Of a stretch of DNA of 20,000 nucleotides, positions 15,382-20,000 are shown one piece after another. A program made the translations under genes and the position numbers. Each line of letters begins with the position of its first letter. Position 1 is the first letter of the stretch. Where the stretch lies: the IMG/VR virus record IMGVR_UViG_3300025120_000033, one strand, 5' to 3'. The notes under the pieces were generated by a model that made no database searches, was not told the origin of the DNA, and was given only the letters and a program-made list of their open reading frames with translations. The stretch comes from an uncultured virus (IMG/VR IMGVR_UViG_3300025120_000033). Lineage: Duplodnaviria; Heunggongvirae; Uroviricota; Caudoviricetes.

Positions 15382-16791
15382 TTAAAGTTCGAGAAATCCG
15401 ATTGTGCTATCAACAAAGATTAACTGCGTAGAGCTACCGCTATTTAAAGTTCCATCAGCCGCTGTCGAGTTAATATTCTGCGAGTTACGCCCAATAGTCA
15501 CTGTACCACCGCCAGTCGCTTTGATCGTGACTGTAGCTCCTGCCGCGCTACTAGCTGGAAGCGTGATTGTAGTGGCTCCAGAGGCATTAACAATAATCTG
15601 ATCGCCCGACACCATCGTGTATGCGCCAGTCTTAATAGCCCAATCGTTGTACAAGCCGCCCACTGCCGCAAACGATAACACCCCAGAGCCGTTTGTGACC
15701 AAAGCCTCTCCATTGTTGCCCGTGGAGCTTGGTAGCGTTAGCGTGATGTCAGCGGTAGATGCTGGGCCGATAAGGGTAACTTTGTTTGTACCGTTATCAG
15801 AATCTTCAAAAAATTCAAGAAAGCCTGCGCTAGTTGCGGCATTTTTAAGTTGCACCCCTGCATTGGCTATGGGCGTGGTTAACACTGGAGTCGTAAGCGT
15901 TTTGTTAGTAAGCGTCTGTGTTGCCGCAATACCCGCCAGAGTATCCGTAGATGCTGGAAGGGTAAGGGTTACGTTACCTGAGAACGCAGAGTGCGGGGGA
16001 GCCTGAATTTGAGCGTAGTGAGCGTTGCTCTGCTCGCAATAAAACTTTATTGTTGATTGGGTTCCACCATTCTTGATTGCTATGTCGCCAGCAGATATCT
16101 CTACAAGACCCGCTATTACAGCCTTGACTGTGCCTGTCGGTATCTCAATAACGTCTGCCGCCGCGTCGTTCTGAATGGTGACGTCGTTAGTTGATCCTTG
16201 CCCAGTAATCATCAGGCCGTTGGCGCTTGTATAGCCAATAGCCGCGTTATCACCAGCGGATGTAGTTGCAGTGGCCTCTACGGTTGTTCCTGTAATTACG
16301 CCGCTTGAGGTAATTGCGCCAGAGGTGGTGAGTGCCGCAATCGTAGTGGTGCCAGTCAAATCTAAATCGACTAGAGCATCCGCGACTGCGGCGCCAGAGC
16401 CCGCGCCGTCAAGATATACAGCTTTCAAAGCGCCATTAGCTATGTTAACAGTAGCTCCAGAGCCCTGCTTAATCGTAATTATCTGAGAGCCAGTGGTGGC
16501 GTTCTCAATAAACATAACTCGATTAAGGGTGTTGGGAGCAATTGTCAAAACCCTTGTGGTGCTTAGTGTGGCTCCAGATGTAACTTTAAAGTAAAAAGAT
16601 CTGGCTGGGTCACTCGCGCCGTCCGCAACTGTAGTGGTTGCGTTTGCGTCCGAAGCAAAACAATTTTGAGTACCGAACCCTAAAGCTTCACCGATAAACT
16701 CTAAATTACTGTTAGTTGTTGTGCCCCAGCTACCAGAACCCTCTCCAGTAGCAAGTTCCGTAAGTCGCAAATTATTAACGTATGTTGCCAT
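15382..16791 (-). CDS. Tail fibre protein (469 aa)
   Basis: Thr/Ala/Gly-rich, with GSWGTTTNSNL N-terminus, TQTLTNKTLTTP, repeated TLTLP units and LVTNGSGVLSF. Confidence 0.8.
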   Translation of the reverse strand: MATYVNNLRLTELATGEGSGSWGTTTNSNLEFIGEALGFGTQNCFASDANATTTVADGASDPARSFYFKVTSGATLSTTRVLTIAPNTLNRVMFIENATTGSQIITIKQGSGATVNIANGALKAVYLDGAGSGAAVADALVDLDLTGTTTIAALTTSGAITSSGVITGTTVEATATTSAGDNAAIGYTSANGLMITGQGSTNDVTIQNDAAADVIEIPTGTVKAVIAGLVEISAGDIAIKNGGTQSTIKFYCEQSNAHYAQIQAPPHSAFSGNVTLTLPASTDTLAGIAATQTLTNKTLTTPVLTTPIANAGVQLKNAATSAGFLEFFEDSDNGTNKVTLIGPASTADITLTLPSSTGNNGEALVTNGSGVLSFAAVGGLYNDWAIKTGAYTMVSGDQIIVNASGATTITLPASSAAGATVTIKATGGGTVTIGRNSQNINSTAADGTLNSGSSTQLIFVDSTIGFLEL

Positions 16792-16806
16792 TCTATGTGT
16801 CCTCTG

Positions 16807-17307
16807 TTATCTATCAACCACGCTGTAGCTGGGCACCTGTGCGGTGTCTATTAATCCCCAAACAGGCATTTTGACCATTGTGTCGGCTGTCATAGTAACG
16901 CCCACTGGATATATGTTTGCATCCGCTATAATAGACACAGATCCAATAGAGAAAGTTGCAGAAACGCCCGTTGGCACCTCTACAACCTCATTTTCTAACA
17001 CTGTAACGGAGCCAACGCTTGCTGTAAAGCCAACTCCTGCTGGGTAGTATTTACTACCGGGATCTACGGTAACGGCACCAACGCCAGACGTCATGGCGCC
17101 AGCAGAGCTTAAATTGATGGGGATTGTTGTGCCCCAAGGGCCATCGCCCCATGCCTCTCGACCCCAGCCGCTAATCATCTGAGTGTCAGGCTCTGCGGCG
17201 CCCACACCAATTGTCATTCCAGCGGGTGCTGTGATGTCCACTGTGCCTGCGGCATTCCAAGCGCCAGTGCTCCAGCCCTGTCGTCCCCAGCCTGTTAAGT
17301 CAGACAC
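16807..17307 (-). CDS. Putative tail-associated protein with GWGR repeats (166 aa)
   Basis: GTG start, two GWGRxxWxxGxW motifs and Val/Thr/Gly beta repeats, directly upstream of the tail fibre gene. Confidence 0.68.
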   Translation of the reverse strand: MSDLTGWGRQGWSTGAWNAAGTVDITAPAGMTIGVGAAEPDTQMISGWGREAWGDGPWGTTIPINLSSAGAMTSGVGAVTVDPGSKYYPAGVGFTASVGSVTVLENEVVEVPTGVSATFSIGSVSIIADANIYPVGVTMTADTMVKMPVWGLIDTAQVPSYSVVDR

Positions 17308-17309
17308 GC

Positions 17310-17477
17310 TTAACCGCCTAAGTCAGCTTTTGCTGATCTTAGATCCGATTGAATCTTAATTAAACTTTTTTTCGCAGAGCAAGGCATATCTGGATTCTCT
17401 AGCAAATATCTTAATTCGTCTAGCGAACGATTTATTTTACGTGAAACTTCGCCCACTGCTTTCAAATGTAAAGCCAT
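17310..17477 (-). CDS. Hypothetical protein (55 aa)
   Basis: Not in the ORF track: MALHLKAVGEVSRKINRSLDELRYLLENPDMPCSAKKSLIKIQSDLRSAKADLGG. AGGTG RBS, and it fills the gap between its neighbours. Confidence 0.6.
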   Translation of the reverse strand: MALHLKAVGEVSRKINRSLDELRYLLENPDMPCSAKKSLIKIQSDLRSAKADLGG

Positions 17478-17484
17478 TATACAC

Positions 17485-18276
17485 CTACGCGACCTCTTGC
17501 AAACCTTGAAATTTTCTGTCCAAGATTCTGCGAACCTTAGAGTAACTTATGTCCTTCGCGCATTCGTGCAAAGAGGAGACTTCTCGGGCAATCCTTTTGG
17601 CGCCCAGACCCCTATCTCTCAAGCTGTAAATAGTAGATAGCACCTCTTGCTCTTCGGGTATCTCAACAAGCCTAGTGCGGGTCTTGTTGCCGTGCTTCTC
17701 CTTTTCTTTTCGATATCCAAACGGTGCGCTACCGCCAATAAAGTATCCGCGTGACGCCCAATCTACCTTGCCATCGCCAAATCTGTCCTTGATTGTAGAG
17801 TGCTCGATCTCAGCCACGGCAGATAAAACCATCAGCATAATTTGATTAGCCATCTCGTTCATATCGAATTTGCTTCGCAGACCTTTCTGGCCTTCTGGCT
17901 TGGGATAAACAATCGGAACCTCACCAAACTGCTCGCAAAAAAACAGCGTAATCCCAATGTCCTGCAAAACTGGTATTATAGCTAAAAGGTCTGCGCTTGA
18001 GCGAGACAAACGATCCAATCGAGTGCAAATAACAATGTCGTTCTGATCGATGACGTCAGTCAGACCACGGGATCCTCCTCTTTCAAGTATTGGCATCGTG
18101 CCAGACACGCCGTCGTCAACAAAAAAATCTGTAACCTCTCGGTTGTACTTTTCTTTGACGAACTCAGAGATCTGCTGTTGCTGAACATCAATAGACACGC
18201 CGCTACGAACCTGCTCTTTAGTTGAAACACGAACGTAGCCATAGATGTTATTGATCTGTTTGAGCGGTTTGATCAT
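17485..18276 (-). CDS. Serine recombinase (resolvase catalytic domain plus short recombinase/HTH C-terminus, 263 aa)
   Basis: YGYVRVST (catalytic Ser), DDGVSG, RLDRLSRS, AVAEIEH and GGSAPFGY motifs. Start reassigned to ATG 18276 (ATGA overlap). Confidence 0.92.
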   Translation of the reverse strand: MIKPLKQINNIYGYVRVSTKEQVRSGVSIDVQQQQISEFVKEKYNREVTDFFVDDGVSGTMPILERGGSRGLTDVIDQNDIVICTRLDRLSRSSADLLAIIPVLQDIGITLFFCEQFGEVPIVYPKPEGQKGLRSKFDMNEMANQIMLMVLSAVAEIEHSTIKDRFGDGKVDWASRGYFIGGSAPFGYRKEKEKHGNKTRTRLVEIPEEQEVLSTIYSLRDRGLGAKRIAREVSSLHECAKDISYSKVRRILDRKFQGLQEVA

Positions 18277-18530
18277 GCAACCTTCCTCTCTCGGCATTTG
18301 TAGCCGTAATCTATAAGCTCTTCGTAAAGACGCTCCCAGTTAATATCGAGCGGGCGCCCGTTAGTTGATCGGTCAGCAAACAAAACAGCGTCGCCCTTTA
18401 CTAGCTCAACGCCAGCGTAGTTCTTGGGCACTCCGTCATAGATAATTTCTATCCCATGCAACTTGCAGACTCGACGAACGCGGTTTGCAAAGACTTTCTT
18501 GAGCCTTGCAGTCTCTGATACGTTACTCAT
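18273..18530 (-). CDS. Hypothetical protein (85 aa)
   Basis: GGAGG RBS and ATGA overlaps on both sides. Confidence 0.7.
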   Translation of the reverse strand: MSNVSETARLKKVFANRVRRVCKLHGIEIIYDGVPKNYAGVELVKGDAVLFADRSTNGRPLDINWERLYEELIDYGYKCRERKVA

Positions 18531-18721
18531 GCTACTACCTCCACGGTATTGTATCCAAATCCATTATTGCCAAGGGATTCTTCAAGATCAGAGATACCGC
18601 TGTTCTGAATCCAAGACTTCACAAACTCCCGCTTTGTCTTATCTGATTCGCACAAATCGTCCATGTATGTCTGAATGACATTAGCATCCACATCCACCGT
18701 AAATTCAATTTTTACCTTCAT
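18527..18721 (-). CDS. Hypothetical protein (64 aa), possibly ribbon-helix-helix-like
   Basis: Start reassigned to ATG 18721 after GGAGG. Alternating strand MKVKIEFTVD followed by two helices. Confidence 0.65.
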   Translation of the reverse strand: MKVKIEFTVDVDANVIQTYMDDLCESDKTKREFVKSWIQNSGISDLEESLGNNGFGYNTVEVVA

Positions 18722-18722
18722 A

Positions 18723-18980
18723 TCACGCAACCTCCTTCTCAATAAATTCATTCCAAAGCTTCAGGCCAGTCTTGCTCTTGGCGCAGTCATCGGCAATCGT
18801 AATTAGATACAAAGCCAACTCCGCGTTCTTGCCTGTCGCAACATCCACTAGCTCCTCAACATCCATGCCAACCTTGCCTGCCGCGTTCTTGAATATCGGC
18901 GGCAACATCATTGCCACGTTGGGAGGAACCTCGTACTTTTTTGCAAACACATTTATCTTTCCAACTAAAACACTCATCAC
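18723..18980 (-). CDS. Hypothetical protein (84-85 aa)
   Basis: TAAGGAG RBS. First gene after the promoter at 19001-19029. The start is either GTG 18980 or ATG 18977. Confidence 0.7.
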   Translation of the reverse strand: MMSVLVGKINVFAKKYEVPPNVAMMLPPIFKNAAGKVGMDVEELVDVATGKNAELALYLITIADDCAKSKTGLKLWNEFIEKEVA

Positions 18981-19000
18981 ACTCTCCTTAATTAAGACCC

Positions 19001-19029
19001 ATTATAGCACATATCGTGTCGTTGTACAA
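19001..19029 (-). promoter_or_regulatory. Near-consensus sigma70 promoter
   Basis: TTGTAC-AACGACACGATATGTGC (17 bp)-TATAAT with extended -10 TG, about 10 bp upstream of a TAAGGAG RBS. Confidence 0.85.
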
Positions 19030-19039
19030 TTGCGCATAC

Positions 19040-19069
19040 AAAAACGGCCAGCGAAAGCTGACCATTTTT
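19040..19069 (-). terminator. Rho-independent terminator (possibly bidirectional)
   Basis: Minus strand reads GGTCAGC-TTTC-GCTGGCC-GTTTTT just after the stop at 19081. A T-run is also present on the plus side. Confidence 0.75.
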
Positions 19070-19080
19070 CCTAAACATTT

Positions 19081-19416
19081 TTACTTTGAAACAAAGTGAA
19101 GATCGAAGCTGTAGTACGGCTCGGCGTATCCCCAGTCTCCGGTCACATCAAAGGAAGTGCAAATTCCCCACTCGTAGGGGCCCTCTTCCCAAGTTACCGA
19201 CCAGAATTTAGAGCCAGTGTATTCAACCTCCTCGCTGGGAGATCTAAGGATCGGGCCGTAGTCGGTGTTATAGCCAGCCTTCTTGGCGTAGGCTTTAAGT
19301 GACTTGTGAAACCCCTTGGCGGCGCCCGCGCAGGTCTTGTACTTGCTTGGATCGAAGCCGTTTAGTACAGCGAACGTAGTGCCGCTGGTTGGATCTGAAC
19401 ATTTAGCGTGAAACAT
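19081..19416 (-). CDS. Hypothetical early-type protein (111 aa)
   Basis: Hairpin plus AGGAGA RBS upstream. Aromatic-rich WSVTWEEGPYEWG...AEPYYSFDL. Confidence 0.75.
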   Translation of the reverse strand: MFHAKCSDPTSGTTFAVLNGFDPSKYKTCAGAAKGFHKSLKAYAKKAGYNTDYGPILRSPSEEVEYTGSKFWSVTWEEGPYEWGICTSFDVTGDWGYAEPYYSFDLHFVSK

Positions 19417-19420
19417 AATT

Positions 19421-19446
19421 TCTCCTATGCCCCCTTGGGGGCGGTT
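19421..19446 (-). repeat. GC hairpin-RBS element, copy 2
   Basis: Minus strand reads AACC-GCCCCC-AA-GGGGGC-ATAGGAGA before ATG 19416. Matches 2097-2124 except in the loop. Confidence 0.8.
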
Positions 19447-19547
19447 CGTCCGCGCAAAAGGGCGTGGATTAACTTCGCCTCTTTGCCTTTGATTCTTGGA
19501 TCTTTCTTAATGGCCTTATCGACCGCCTTTTTGTTGTACTTAGTCAC
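19425..19547 (-). CDS. Small basic protein (40 aa)
   Basis: GTG 19547 follows GGAGG and overlaps the upstream stop: MTKYNKKAVDKAIKKDPRIKGKEAKLIHALLRGRTAPKGA. Confidence 0.6.
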   Translation of the reverse strand: MTKYNKKAVDKAIKKDPRIKGKEAKLIHALLRGRTAPKGA

Positions 19548-20000
19548 CCTTGGCCTCCATTTTTGCTTTGGTTGGTCGCTTGTAAAAGCCGAACTTGTTA
19601 TCGTCTTCGCTGGCCTCAACAGTGGCAGAGAAGGTAACGCGACTGCCTTTCACGGTAGTCCTATCCTCGTAGGCCGCGTTACTCAGTGATCTAGGCACGG
19701 AGCCCCAGACTTTAAAGCCTCGATCATCACGAACCAGCATCTTCAGAGTATCGCCGTAGTAGCCTTCCTGATTCTTGACACTAATGACCTCACCAGTGAT
19801 GACCTGCTTGCCGTTCACGATAGCCTCTGCATCAGCGTTCTCGGCGGCGTTCTTTGCCGCCCACTCGGCCTTCTTGGCTATGTTGCCATCAATGATCTTC
19901 AAGACAGCCGCGCCCTGATTTGGTGAAAGCTTGCCGTAAGCGCTAAGAGCTTCGTCCAAGCTTCTCGCAAATTCGTTGCTCATCGCATTGGAGAGTAGCC
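19540..20000 (-). CDS. Hypothetical protein with OB-fold-like C-terminus (probably 5'-partial)
   Basis: The frame stays open to the window edge upstream of ATG 19983. ITGEVISVK...KMLVRDDRGFKVWGSVP...RVTFSATVE...FGFYKRPTKA is a beta-barrel-like pattern. Confidence 0.65.
   Translation of the reverse strand, partial: LLSNAMSNEFARSLDEALSAYGKLSPNQGAAVLKIIDGNIAKKAEWAAKNAAENADAEAIVNGKQVITGEVISVKNQEGYYGDTLKMLVRDDRGFKVWGSVPRSLSNAAYEDRTTVKGSRVTFSATVEASEDDNKFGFYKRPTKAKMEAKGD

Noticed and set aside
2481..17047. Many 60-140 aa plus-strand and alternative-frame ORFs inside structural genes
   Set aside because: They are fully nested in longer, motif-bearing genes and look like shadow ORFs.
14183..17307. 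Gin/Cin-like tail fibre inversion system or diversity-generating retroelement
   Set aside because: No oppositely oriented fibre cassette, flanking inverted sites, reverse transcriptase or template/variable repeat pair was seen.
17476..17502. Possible minus-strand promoter TTGCAA-15 bp-TATAAT
   Set aside because: The spacer is only 15 bp and the -10 overlaps the RBS and ATG of the 55-aa ORF, so it may be coincidental.
1350..19025. The 18-bp inverted pair as ends of a 17.6-kb invertible segment or transposon
   Set aside because: Both copies sit exactly in promoter spacers and lack the dyad symmetry of serine recombinase sites. Inversion would also separate the capsid gene from the downstream virion genes. 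It is kept only as a testable alternative.
1..20000. tRNA, rRNA, CRISPR array, intron or intein
   Set aside because: Intergenic gaps are short and accounted for. TerL, portal and capsid genes are uninterrupted, and no cloverleaf or repeat-spacer pattern was seen by eye.

Overview
This window is 20 kb of a tailed dsDNA phage genome, probably podovirus-like. Its gene style resembles marine or aquatic uncultured phages that carry a P22-like portal, GroES and an 'MAISRAQL' capsid, but the host cannot be determined from this sequence. On the minus strand, reading right to left, the order is: small early-type genes, a terminator and sigma70 promoter, three small genes, a compact serine recombinase, tail fibre and Gly-rich proteins, a tail chaperone, a 2OG-Fe(II) oxygenase, a cluster of small membrane proteins, holin, endolysin, terminase large subunit, portal, GroES, scaffold, head proteins, major capsid and further virion genes. 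A three-gene plus-strand island (about 1340-2470) interrupts the virion operon right after the capsid gene. The main observation is that this island and the small-gene region near 19 kb, about 17.5 kb away and on the opposite strand, share two non-coding elements. One is a sigma70-type promoter with an identical 18-bp core (ACAACGACACGATATGTG). The other is an AACC-GCCCCC-loop-GGGGGC-ATAGGAGA hairpin fused to a ribosome-binding site. Together they suggest a dispersed, co-regulated set of modular early-gene cassettes. All family assignments come from motif recognition by eye, not database searches.
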